Source: Blastocatellia bacterium (GTDB taxonomy: Bacteria > Acidobacteriota > Blastocatellia > UBA7656). From it: DNA of 64,000 nucleotides. The stretch is from positions 337,976 through 401,975 of the forward strand of contig CAWDRU010000001.1 in assembly GCA_963804815.1 (NCBI GenBank). Direction: 5' to 3'. Positions 1-8,878 of the stretch are shown here, in pieces. Within the stretch, counting starts at the first letter, position 1. Each line of letters opens with the position of its first letter. Under the pieces are notes generated by a model, which made no database searches, was not told the DNA's origin, and worked only from the letters and a program-made list of their open reading frames with translations. Made by a program: the position numbers and the translations under genes.

Positions 1-1054
1 GCAGCAGACGGCCCCGGCTTGCTCCGAGCGAGATTCGCACGGCAAATTCCTTCCGCCGCCGTGTGGCTTTAGCCAGCATCAACGTAGCAACATTGGCGCA
101 GGCGATAAGAAGCACGAGCGCGACGATAATCATCATCACCATAACGGGGTCCCCGATCTGCTCGCGCAGGCCTCTCAATCCCTTGCCGCCCGGTGTAAGC
201 TCGATCCTTCTGCCGAGCACTTCTTCGCGCTCTTCCGGTGTCAGAGTTTCCAATTGGGCCGAGGGGGTTCTTTGCTCAAGTGCCTGATCGAAGATTATAC
301 CCATCTCTGCCTGCGCCTGACGGATGTCAATATCCTGTCGCAGCCGCCCGACGATCTCAGTTCTGAGATCACGAGCATTCAGCAGACGATCCTTCATCGA
401 AACAGGAATCCAGATTTGCGGCATTACGCCCGGCTCAAGCCCGAAAAAGCCGGAAGGCATTACGCCAATAATCGTCAGGGGGGTGTTGTTAACGCTTATC
501 ACTTGCCCGATGACTGATTGCTCGCCTCCGAATTCGCGCCGCCAGTATTGGTAACTGATAACGGCAAGGGGGTCCGCACCCGGCACGTTACCCTCGGTTT
601 CATCAAACACGCGGCCAAGAATTGGGGTGACGCCGAGAAGCGAAAAGTAATTGCCCGAAACCACCTGACCTTCTGCAATATCAGCCCGGCCATTATGGCT
701 TGCGCTTACCCGCCCTGTGTTGCGGAACGCGGCCAACCCTTCAAAGGTCACCACCATGCCGCGCATCATGTCGTATTCGTTGTAGCTGAAAAAAGGAGTG
801 GGCACATTTTTCAGAGAGACTGGCCCGGAATCCGCCCGTGGAGCATCTGTGAGAAAATAGAGTTGCTCAGGGCTATTGACCGGAAGCAACTTGAGCATAA
901 CGGCATCAACAAGGCTAAAGACCGCCGTGTTAGCTCCTATCCCCAGAGCAAGCGAAATCAGCGCGGCAAGAGTAAACCCCGGCGTCCTGCGGAAAAGTCT
1001 TGCCGCGAAGCGCAGATCAGAGCCGAGGCTTTCGAGTTGTCCAGCCCATCTCAT
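1..1054 (-). CDS. ADOP-family duplicated ABC permease (MacB/FtsX-like), N-terminal part; runs off the window edge
   Basis: Not in the ORF track. Reverse translation from ATG at 1054 gives MRWAGQLESLGSDLRFAARLFRRTPGFTLAAL... and later [39 protein letters not shown], the ADOP signature also seen in the array at 26.9-56.2 kb. Confidence 0.9.
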   Translation of the reverse strand, partial: MRWAGQLESLGSDLRFAARLFRRTPGFTLAALISLALGIGANTAVFSLVDAVMLKLLPVNSPEQLYFLTDAPRADSGPVSLKNVPTPFFSYNEYDMMRGMVVTFEGLAAFRNTGRVSASHNGRADIAEGQVVSGNYFSLLGVTPILGRVFDETEGNVPGADPLAVISYQYWRREFGGEQSVIGQVISVNNTPLTIIGVMPSGFFGLEPGVMPQIWIPVSMKDRLLNARDLRTEIVGRLRQDIDIRQAQAEMGIIFDQALEQRTPSAQLETLTPEEREEVLGRRIELTPGGKGLRGLREQIGDPVMVMMIIVALVLLIACANVATLMLAKATRRRKEFAVRISLGASRGRLL

Positions 1055-1081
1055 CTTTTTATCTTTACGACCTGAAGCTTC

Positions 1082-1711
1082 TCAGTGAAACCACGTGACT
1101 ATCGTATAACGTTCGCCATAGGTTACTGAGCGAACTTCGTGAAGCGTCTCCGAGCGAAAGGCAACGAGCAGGCCGGTTTCAGCTTCCAGAGGAAGACCAT
1201 AATCTTTCCACTGCGGATCAGAAGAGAGTTCGTAAAATACCAGCTCGCCCCCGGAGTATGGATGCGGTCCCGCGCGATCATTTAAAAATATTACTATGGA
1301 AACGATGCGGCCCTTGATTCGGGCCTCAGGTTCTACCGGTTCGACAGGAATATCGCGGTGCGGGGCGTAATGGCCTCCCGGCTCGTACAAAAGGAACTGG
1401 GGCTTCTCCTGAGGTCCGAGACGCTCTGTGAAATGAGCTTCGATGGCGGGCGTCAACTCGTCCAATCGATCCCTGATCATGTAGGCATAATCCACAGGGA
1501 CGTTCGCCACCCGCGTCCTTCGCACATTCGCATCTACAGTATAGCCTCTGTCAGCAGCCTTAACAGAACCGGCCTCAGAAGCCTGCGCGCTTATCTGGGC
1601 GCATATTTCTTCGCAAAGCGAGGCGTCAAGAAAACCTTTCTTCAGATAGAAGCCCAGACTTGTAAATATCTCGTGCTCATTCACGGTTAATACCCTGACG
1701 CGCGCTGACAA
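1082..1711 (-). CDS. 2OG-Fe(II) oxygenase, prolyl-4-hydroxylase-like
   Basis: HxD motif (HYAPHRD), YSGGEL, distal His (LHEV) and 2OG-binding Arg (GERYTIVTW). The exact start is uncertain. Confidence 0.88.
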   Translation of the reverse strand: MSARVRVLTVNEHEIFTSLGFYLKKGFLDASLCEEICAQISAQASEAGSVKAADRGYTVDANVRRTRVANVPVDYAYMIRDRLDELTPAIEAHFTERLGPQEKPQFLLYEPGGHYAPHRDIPVEPVEPEARIKGRIVSIVIFLNDRAGPHPYSGGELVFYELSSDPQWKDYGLPLEAETGLLVAFRSETLHEVRSVTYGERYTIVTWFH

Positions 1712-1794
1712 TTAAGTCAGAGGTTCTTAGTAAAACCAGTCACTTTAGATTTCCCCGGCGATTATAAATCGATTGATCTGAATTTCACCAGCGG

Positions 1795-1825
1795 GTTCAC
1801 AGGGCAGTCGCACTGCCCTGTGAAC
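1795..1825. terminator. Perfect 14-bp hairpin downstream of the OB-fold gene (terminator or REP-like)
   Basis: gttcacagggcagt-cgc-actgccctgtgaac; no clear U-tract. Confidence 0.5.
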
Positions 1826-1839
1826 ATGGGGTTCGAGAA

Positions 1840-2529
1840 TCAGTGTACTATTTGGATGTCGCTTTGAAAGCGAGGATCAACCTCGAAGTGATCGGCAAAC
1901 TGGCCGCTGAATCCTGTCACCTTTATGGTCTGCCCTGCGTGCAGGCCGCTGACGTTTATGCCGGTCGAGGCGTTGACGAATATCTGAATCTCGCCTGACC
2001 CATCATTTACAACCACTTTGAACCCGAATGGCAGGTCATTCTCTACGGGCTGAGTGATCGTTCCGGTAACCCTGACAAGCTTGCCCTCGGTGGCCTCGCC
2101 TATGGCTCCGGTTGCGACCGGAAGCGGCTCCACTTTCGGCCCGTGTCCATGAGGTTTGATGTCATCGTTATCGCTTGGAATCAAAACGAGCAGTCCAAAG
2201 CTATCGGCAAGTCTACCGGTGACGCGAACCTGTAGCCTTGGCGCAAACCCTAAATTGTCGGCAACGCTGACATAGATGCCGCCCGTGTGATCTTGAATCG
2301 CGAAGCCCTGATCAAAGGTGCTAGAGCTGAACGCACCCGACGGCACTGTAAGCGAACCATCAACCGTTACGATGGTTCCCAATGGCAGGCTGCGCGCCTG
2401 GGCGATAGAGATTTTTTTGGGATGTGATGCAGCCTGAGCACCGGCAGGCAGCGCGAAGTTGCCAATTACTGACAGCGCCAGCAGCAATACTGGCAGCAGG
2501 AATCTGCGGCTGTTATTTCTGTGGATCAT
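1840..2529 (-). CDS. Secreted protein with two tandem OB-fold-like domains
   Basis: AGGAGG precedes ATG 2529. Signal peptide (...AGAQA), then two repeats of the pattern VTVxG...FAIQDxTGGIYV...VxVTG and VVVNDGSGEIQIFV...IKVTG...EVDPRFQSDI, typical of OB folds found on secreted nucleases. Confidence 0.7.
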   Translation of the reverse strand: MIHRNNSRRFLLPVLLLALSVIGNFALPAGAQAASHPKKISIAQARSLPLGTIVTVDGSLTVPSGAFSSSTFDQGFAIQDHTGGIYVSVADNLGFAPRLQVRVTGRLADSFGLLVLIPSDNDDIKPHGHGPKVEPLPVATGAIGEATEGKLVRVTGTITQPVENDLPFGFKVVVNDGSGEIQIFVNASTGINVSGLHAGQTIKVTGFSGQFADHFEVDPRFQSDIQIVH

Positions 2530-2808
2530 GATGTTCCTCCTGAGAAGATGGCCCGACTCGCGCCGGGCGTTTAACGGCTCCAAATCAGAGTCGCTTTGAG
2601 TGCGTCTCTGATTGTTTCATCTATGGTTATTGGGCGTTGGGAAGGAGATGATTCTACTCTCGACACACTGACACCTTTTTTTGCTATTCGGGGCAAAAAC
2701 AAACCCTCTTCTCTATGGAGGTGATATTTTACTTGTGATTAATCTTACGCCTCGCGCGCAATGATAGCACGCGCAATCTGCTATAGCCATACATCACGCG
2801 GGTTTGAG

Positions 2809-4018
2809 TAGGGCGAGAGCATCTTAACCGTATAGAACCTTAAGCAGATAGCTTTCATCCCAGCCTGCTTTCAACCGCTTCGATTTTATTCCTACTTTCG
2901 TTGTCTTCTCTTGCTTTAGCAGATTCAAGGCTATGTGTCTCAATGTCGCCACGTTCTCCGGCGCATGATCTTTTCTTATCCGGCTCTCATCTTCTCGAAA
3001 TGCTATATCCAATACCCAGTGCAAGGAGTTCTCTATTGACCAGTGCCCTCGTATCGCTTTGCCTATCTGCTTTGCATCTGCTTCGAGACTGCTGATGTAG
3101 TATCTTCGTTCCAAACTTGTTTCTTCTCCCTGAACTGTTCTTTCACTCTCGACCATCGCTATCGTTTGCAGTCCTTTCCAGGTTGCTTTCTTTCTCAGCC
3201 ACTCACAGTCACTCGTCGCATAGTAACGTCGCACTTCTACTCGCCCGTGATCACCGTCTATGCTTTCTTCTGTCGTATAAGCGGTCTGGTTGAACTTATC
3301 ACCAAGCGCCCAATCAAAGTATTGAACTAAATCCTCATACAGGGTTACTTGATTGCCCTTTACCGATAGTACATAGTCCGCCTCTTTACTGACAATCTTT
3401 GCAGCAATATCGGTCTGGCACCCCATAGCATCTATAGTGACGATGCAGCCCGCTACTTCCAGCATATCGAGTAATTCAGGAATTGCTGTTATTTCATTGA
3501 ATTTCTCATCAACTTTCACCTGGCCCAAAACCATTTCATTTTCGCTAGCCCAAGCCGAGACCATGTTGATAGCAGCCTTTCCCGTTGGTCGGTCGAAAGA
3601 CCTGCGTGAGAGTTTGCCGTCAATAGCTACGACCTGACCTTCAGTGAGTTGATAAACCGAACGAACCCACTCAAGAAAGCATTGCTGGAACTGCCGAGGA
3701 TCAATGCGGGCAAAAACACGGCGAAAAGTGTCATCAGAAGGGATACCGTTTGGCAATTCAAGAAAAGACTTGAACCAATCCTGTTTAGAGTTGCCGAAAA
3801 GTTCGAACTCTTCCCAGCCCTCAGCGCCGCAGATAGTAGCGCAGATGGAGATGGCTAAAATATCAATGAGCTTGTGACGTTTAGTGCGATCAATTCTAGG
3901 ATCAGTGATAGAGCTGAAATGCTCGACAAGAGTTCTGGGCGATTGATTATCCATTGTAGACCTCCTTTAGAAATACGGAAGGTCTACATCCTACAAGATT
4001 TAAGATGCTCTTGCCCTA
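2809..4018 (-). mobile_element. Complete ISAs1-family insertion sequence (1210 bp)
   Basis: 19-bp terminal inverted repeats tagggcgagagcatcttaa (2809-2827) and ttaagatgctcttgcccta (4000-4018), 1 mismatch. Flanked by a perfect 10-bp direct repeat cgggtttgag (2799-2808 and 4019-4028). Confidence 0.95.
2824..3954 (-). CDS. ISAs1 family DDE transposase
   Basis: [27 protein letters not shown] and [13 protein letters not shown] motifs; 376 aa; the stop codon lies inside the left TIR. Confidence 0.95.
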   Translation of the reverse strand: MDNQSPRTLVEHFSSITDPRIDRTKRHKLIDILAISICATICGAEGWEEFELFGNSKQDWFKSFLELPNGIPSDDTFRRVFARIDPRQFQQCFLEWVRSVYQLTEGQVVAIDGKLSRRSFDRPTGKAAINMVSAWASENEMVLGQVKVDEKFNEITAIPELLDMLEVAGCIVTIDAMGCQTDIAAKIVSKEADYVLSVKGNQVTLYEDLVQYFDWALGDKFNQTAYTTEESIDGDHGRVEVRRYYATSDCEWLRKKATWKGLQTIAMVESERTVQGEETSLERRYYISSLEADAKQIGKAIRGHWSIENSLHWVLDIAFREDESRIRKDHAPENVATLRHIALNLLKQEKTTKVGIKSKRLKAGWDESYLLKVLYG

Positions 4019-4092
4019 CGGGTTTGAGCAGCCAACCTTAAGCCTACGGGCTACGGTGAAACTTCATTCCAAATCATTGTCTGGATTTTGCA

Positions 4093-6135
4093 TCAATTAA
4101 AATATTCCTTAGAGTACATCGCCATTATATCGGCAGCTGCATTGCGAACAACTTCTGAGCTATCGCTTGCCGCAGCCTGCTTCACAAGCTGGCGGGCTTC
4201 CGGGAACGACACGTGCGCCTTCCACAGATTGCTCAAAAGGGTGAGGCGAACGTTTTCTGAGTTGTCTTTCAGAAACGCTTCCTTCTGTGCTTTGAATGTA
4301 GTCGCATCAATCTCTCGAAGCCCTAGCGCGGCTGCGGCCTCCAGCCTGACAGAAGCATCCATATCTGATGTCAATGCGGTGATCAATACGCTGTTGACTT
4401 GATCCGAATCTATCCAGCGCATGGCTGACGCAGCGGCAACACGCAGAGAAGGCGACGGGGCAGATAAAAACGGAATGAGCGTCGGCAATGCCTGAGCTGA
4501 ACCTGCATTTCCAAGCACAAGAAGCATCTGTCTGGTCGTTTCCTGAGATTTAGAAGATTTTATTTTTCTGATGATTTCTTCGACTATCTTCGCGGCCCTT
4601 TCGGAAGACTTAAAGGCGAGGTTGCGCGCGAGCGCACCTAGTGAGAGTTGGGCCGTCAAAGCTATATCTTCGTTGCGCGAATTGAAAGCCAGGTCGCGCA
4701 GTGTATCTTCGGCAAGCTGGGTCGGTTCGCCTACCGCCCCCAAAGTCGGAATCAGCACAGACAGGGCAGGCCAATCATCAAGGCGAGACTGAATGGCACC
4801 TACTAATGCTGCCTGCGCCTGCGGATGGCCGACGATGCCAAGCGCGCCTGCTACCACACGCATCTTCGCGCTCTTCGGATCAGCAGTAGCCAGTACCTTT
4901 CCGAGCGGCCCGCTCGATTCAGGCTCGACGTAAACCAGCGCTTTAATCTTCAGATAGAGCGAACTCTCATCACTGGCCTCCGCAGTTGACTTCGTTTCGC
5001 CCGCAGGCTCTCTGATATTTTCCAACCTGGCCAGCAAATCCTCTGATGTCTCTTTGCCGAGCGCGTTGTGTTGTATTGAGCGCTCGGCTGTTTCGTCGGA
5101 TTTAGTTGCCGAAAGCTGTGTGGCGGCAACACTCTTTTCTCGCAAGGCGTTTTCACTGACTAGTCGGGAAAACTCTGTAGCGGTTGCAGCTTCTACTTTC
5201 AATTGGCTCAATCGTAGAGCAGTTTCAGACCATGCGACAGTTTTTTCCGCGATCATCATCGTCTGCGACTCCTTCCCGTCGAGAGAGATCAACTGTCCGC
5301 TATGGGCATTAAAGCGCGCCATCAAATCTCCTTTTGGAATAATCGTCATAGGAGCATCGAACTCGCCAGGCTTCGGTTTTCGCTCAGGCTTCCGGTAGCG
5401 CAGCTTTGTCTTGCGAAATATCTTGAACGATGATTTGGGATCGCGCCTTGCTGTTTTGTCGAAGTTAAGCGCAGATTGATAGCGAGCGATGTATTGACCG
5501 TTAGGATCATCCTCTTGAGCCTCCCATTGCGGTTGGGCAGGCGATTTCGGGTCGGGCAGAACGAACTGCGTGATTGCCAGCAACGCCCGCGCGAAATTCT
5601 GCGATGTTTCATCTGACTCAGGATCGAGCCAAACAGAAACCACCTTACCCTGTTGATTGACAAGCGCAAAGATATTGCGTTCAAGGTTATGCCTGATCGC
5701 CGCCTGATCGCCGTAGGGTTGACCGCTGACGGCAAGGTTCATTGCGAGTTTGCGCAGGCTGTAGACGATGATTGCGCCATCATTTCTATTTTCAAGCACG
5801 GTGGCTGTCATCTCACCTTCGATTGCGGTCTTGAAAGAGCTGGCAAGATTTGATTGAACCGGCGCATCGGAAGGCTTGTGATCTGCAAACAACACTCTGA
5901 AATCGGCGGCGGACGAGTTGTTGTAATAGAGCCTGTAAATGATGCGCTGGCCTGGAACGAAGCGGTAAACAAGCGCAGCCTGATTGTTTGCGGCAGGCTT
6001 TGGCGCTGACTGGTGCTTCGCGATGCTCGCACCCGCCGGGAAAGGCCAAATCAACAGCGTCAGCATTGCGCAGATAATCAACTCTGGCATAAAGGGCAGC
6101 AACGACCTTTTATCGCGCATTCTTCTCAATGACAT
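4093..6135 (-). CDS. Exported protein: beta-rich N-domain plus HEAT-like helical domain, resembling the Vitellogenin_N / large lipid transfer (LLT) module
   Basis: GGAGGT RBS and N-terminal hydrophobic segment. Motifs YRFVPGQRIIYRL, GKVVSV...NFARALLAITQF, WEAQEDDPNGQYIARY, KTK, LSLGAL and LLVLGNAGS, followed by C-terminal HEAT repeats. Confidence 0.7.
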   Translation of the reverse strand: MSLRRMRDKRSLLPFMPELIICAMLTLLIWPFPAGASIAKHQSAPKPAANNQAALVYRFVPGQRIIYRLYYNNSSAADFRVLFADHKPSDAPVQSNLASSFKTAIEGEMTATVLENRNDGAIIVYSLRKLAMNLAVSGQPYGDQAAIRHNLERNIFALVNQQGKVVSVWLDPESDETSQNFARALLAITQFVLPDPKSPAQPQWEAQEDDPNGQYIARYQSALNFDKTARRDPKSSFKIFRKTKLRYRKPERKPKPGEFDAPMTIIPKGDLMARFNAHSGQLISLDGKESQTMMIAEKTVAWSETALRLSQLKVEAATATEFSRLVSENALREKSVAATQLSATKSDETAERSIQHNALGKETSEDLLARLENIREPAGETKSTAEASDESSLYLKIKALVYVEPESSGPLGKVLATADPKSAKMRVVAGALGIVGHPQAQAALVGAIQSRLDDWPALSVLIPTLGAVGEPTQLAEDTLRDLAFNSRNEDIALTAQLSLGALARNLAFKSSERAAKIVEEIIRKIKSSKSQETTRQMLLVLGNAGSAQALPTLIPFLSAPSPSLRVAAASAMRWIDSDQVNSVLITALTSDMDASVRLEAAAALGLREIDATTFKAQKEAFLKDNSENVRLTLLSNLWKAHVSFPEARQLVKQAAASDSSEVVRNAAADIMAMYSKEYFN

Positions 6136-6237
6136 CGGATACCTCCAGAAAGTCTATCACTCACGCGCCGGGTATTTGAAACCTCAGCGCAGGCGCAGGC
6201 GATGTTGATAAGGCAAAAGATGAGTAAATCTTTAGAG

Positions 6238-6276
6238 AAAAAAAGCCCCTTTCAAAGCGTACTGCTCGAAAGGGGC
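6238..6276 (-). terminator. Intrinsic terminator between the two LLTP-like genes
   Basis: Minus strand gcccctttcgagc-agtac-gctttgaaaggggc followed by a T7 run, just after the stop at 6289. Confidence 0.8.
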
Positions 6277-6288
6277 CACTGGCATTGA

Positions 6289-7788
6289 CTAAAAAAGGTA
6301 GAACTTCTTTTGCTCGTTGAACAGGTAGCCGTTGATCTTGAAGCCAGTCCACTTGAACAAGTCCGAGTTGTAGCATTTATCCTCCCATGAGAAATGAGGA
6401 ATGAGATTATGCCACCCGCCCCATGTCGTTGTCAGAACCTTGACGCAGGCATAGGCGTAGACTCTGCCGCTCAACATCTCCATGTCGTTGAAGCCGGAAT
6501 ACTTCGCCGAAAAATAAGGCCCCTTTACCGGATCGTCAAACTTGATCGCAAGCTCGCCGTTCAACGTCAGATCGTCGTTGAGCAAGACCATCGAGGCCCC
6601 TGCCCCTGCGCTGGCGACAACAATATCTGCGCCCGCCTGAACATAGGCATTCGATTCGACATGCGGAACAGCTTGCGCCTGCACCGACGTGGGAAACACG
6701 CTGAGAAAGTAACTGAGTTTGGCGCTGCCCTGAACACCGACCTTCACGCTCATCGGAATGAAGCCGAGGGAAAAGTGTATAGTCGTGCTGAAATCAACCG
6801 GTTTTGGAGTGATCGCGCCGGACTCAGTCCAGATCGGATTCACCGTCGTCGAGGCGAAGTGTTTATCGAGATTCAAGACAGTCGTGCCCAGTATGTTCAC
6901 GTTTAACTTCGTCGTCATGTCCTGACCGTTTGCAGGCGCATGCGTGCTGCCGGTGGCGCGTATAATGTCTTTGCTGTTATTGAAGATCGAGCCGCCTGCA
7001 TTCGCTTCGCCTACGATGTCTTGAACCGAAGCATTTGCCGTCAGGGTTATCTTCCCGTTGATATAAGCAGCGAACGTTGAAGGGTTTCCCACAGTGTGAT
7101 TCCACGAGCGCGTCTCGTTGACTGTTGTCTTCGATACCGGAGGGAAAAATCCATGGAAAGGGTTGAGCCGCGCCGAGTAATCTTTCAGGTTTGCTACCTG
7201 CGACTCCTTTAGAGTCTCAGTTGTTATGAGTTGCATAGAGCGCTGGTTAAAGCTGATGTGCCCAGCCGAGATTTTCTGAGTCTGATTTCGCAGAGTCGAT
7301 TCATCAGCAACGACTCGCTGCAAATTTATCATGTCCAGAGGACCGTTCGCAGTCATCATCCTTTCCACCATGCCTGCGTCATTCGACGGGGTTCCACCGC
7401 GCAGCGTGTAGCCAATCTTATTGAATTGCTGCTCAAGCGAGTTGAGCTGAGAATAATACTCGCGCGCTGTTAGCTTATTGCCGTTAGGAAGCGTGAGTAT
7501 AGTCTCAGGCGGGAGTGAGTTTCCCGTCGCAGGATCACGCATCTCGAATGGCTTGAAAGCGATAGGCGAGCGCGTGTCTACTTTAATCGTGCCTGGATCA
7601 AGGCGACCCTCCACCGGCGGAGATACTATTTTCTCAGATATGCTTTCTATTAAAGCCTGATTTTGGGCAATCTTATCCACCCGCGAATTTTGTCGGTCCT
7701 GAGCAGAAATGGGTGCGACCATGATTGTCAGAAAAAGTCCGACAATCAGGAGGTTGAGGCTGAAACGCGATAGGGCTTTGTAAATCAT
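6289..7788 (-). CDS. Secreted protein (about 499 aa) with a C-terminal amphipathic beta-sheet domain
   Basis: AAGGAG RBS before ATG 7788 and signal peptide MIYKALSRF...APISA-Q. The C-terminal half has alternating beta-strand patterns (FSTTIHFSLGFIPMSVKVGVQGSAKLSY, VQAQAVPHVESNAYVQAGADIVVASAGA). Confidence 0.75.
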   Translation of the reverse strand: MIYKALSRFSLNLLIVGLFLTIMVAPISAQDRQNSRVDKIAQNQALIESISEKIVSPPVEGRLDPGTIKVDTRSPIAFKPFEMRDPATGNSLPPETILTLPNGNKLTAREYYSQLNSLEQQFNKIGYTLRGGTPSNDAGMVERMMTANGPLDMINLQRVVADESTLRNQTQKISAGHISFNQRSMQLITTETLKESQVANLKDYSARLNPFHGFFPPVSKTTVNETRSWNHTVGNPSTFAAYINGKITLTANASVQDIVGEANAGGSIFNNSKDIIRATGSTHAPANGQDMTTKLNVNILGTTVLNLDKHFASTTVNPIWTESGAITPKPVDFSTTIHFSLGFIPMSVKVGVQGSAKLSYFLSVFPTSVQAQAVPHVESNAYVQAGADIVVASAGAGASMVLLNDDLTLNGELAIKFDDPVKGPYFSAKYSGFNDMEMLSGRVYAYACVKVLTTTWGGWHNLIPHFSWEDKCYNSDLFKWTGFKINGYLFNEQKKFYLF

Positions 7789-8442
7789 GATATTTTTCTC
7801 CTTATCATGGAAAATGCGTTTGGAAATGTGATTGTTGAAAACGATCTCATATCCGCGATTCAATCGTTGTGCATAGGGCCGGATCTGCGCAGATAATCAA
7901 AAGGAGTTCAACGCGAGTCCCTTTCGAGAAGTGTCACCAGTTGTTCGAGTTCCTTTCGGGAGAGGCCGTGCGGGATTGGTAATCATCTCTGCCTGTTTTA
8001 AGATTCGTCGTTGTCCGAAGCCTTGCGATTCGCAGGCAGTGCCTTGTTCTTCTCCCTACATATACATAAGACGCAAAGTGTGTGTGCGATAATGCAGAGA
8101 TTATCTGTGCGTTAAGAATTAAAGACTGAGCAGCAAATATATTCAGCAATAGAATTGATCTTAAATCCGGCGTCGCGTACTTTTCAGAACAAAGGTTGCG
8201 CTGGACGAGTTCCTTATTTCCATAGGCCAGCGCCTGACGCTAAAGCTGACCGGGCCACCGAACGGCACGGAGAAATTCGCTTCGCGCGCTTCCGATCCAT
8301 TCCCCTGTTAGACGCCGTTTGGCGCGATCTATCTACACAGTTTTGTGTCACGCTCAATTAGCAGTCCAATGGTTTTCTTAGTTCCAGGCATAGATCCGAA
8401 AACAACCTCTCCCACTTCACCGCCGCTATCGGCAGACCTTAA

Positions 8443-8607
8443 TGCGGCAAGTTGCTTTACGAACTCACACAAGATACCAGGACGGTGCAGGAGTATTTGC
8501 GCCACAGTGTCATCTCTACGACGATGGATGTGTACGTCGGACGGATGGATTCCGTAAGGGATGAAGCGGATGAAAAGCTTGATTTCCCCTCTTTCGTCCA
8601 CCGGTAG
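8443..8607 (+). pseudogene. C-terminal fragment of a tyrosine recombinase/integrase
   Basis: Not in the ORF track. Reads CGKLLYELTQDTRTVQEYLRHSVISTTMDVYV..., matching the box II pattern VQxxLxHxxxxTTxxxY. An in-frame stop at 8440 precedes it, and there is no HxxR or N-terminal domain. Confidence 0.7.
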
Positions 8608-8748
8608 AGCGATTTAGCGCATTAGCAGTCAGGTATGATTATCACTAACTGTCGTTATGGCAACAATTTACAAGGGAATTGAGCTTGAACGCGATTTCAC
8701 GCAAGAAATTTACAAGATTTTTTTGCCGTCTTTATCGAGGGTCATCCA

Positions 8749-8777
8749 TTGACAACCCCATGCTCGCCTCATAGAAT
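8749..8777 (+). promoter_or_regulatory. Sigma-70 promoter of the M23 gene
   Basis: TTGACA-N17-TAGAAT about 100 bp upstream of the start. Confidence 0.75.
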
Positions 8778-8878
8778 GCCGCCTCACGGCAGTATGCACC
8801 CGGAATTCTTAAGCAGCATCAATGTTTTTTGTCAGGCAAGCAGTAGGAAGCCTCGAAAGATTTTGAAAGGAGAGGATT

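Noticed and set aside
63-1088. Plus-strand ORFs, including 518..1075 (185 aa)
   Set aside because: They are antisense to the minus-strand ADOP that the track missed because it has no stop within the window.
7934-8601. ORF-track calls 7934..8149, 8155..8361, 8329..8601 and 8345..8557
   Set aside because: No RBS or motifs; the only protein-like signal is the integrase fragment in a different frame.
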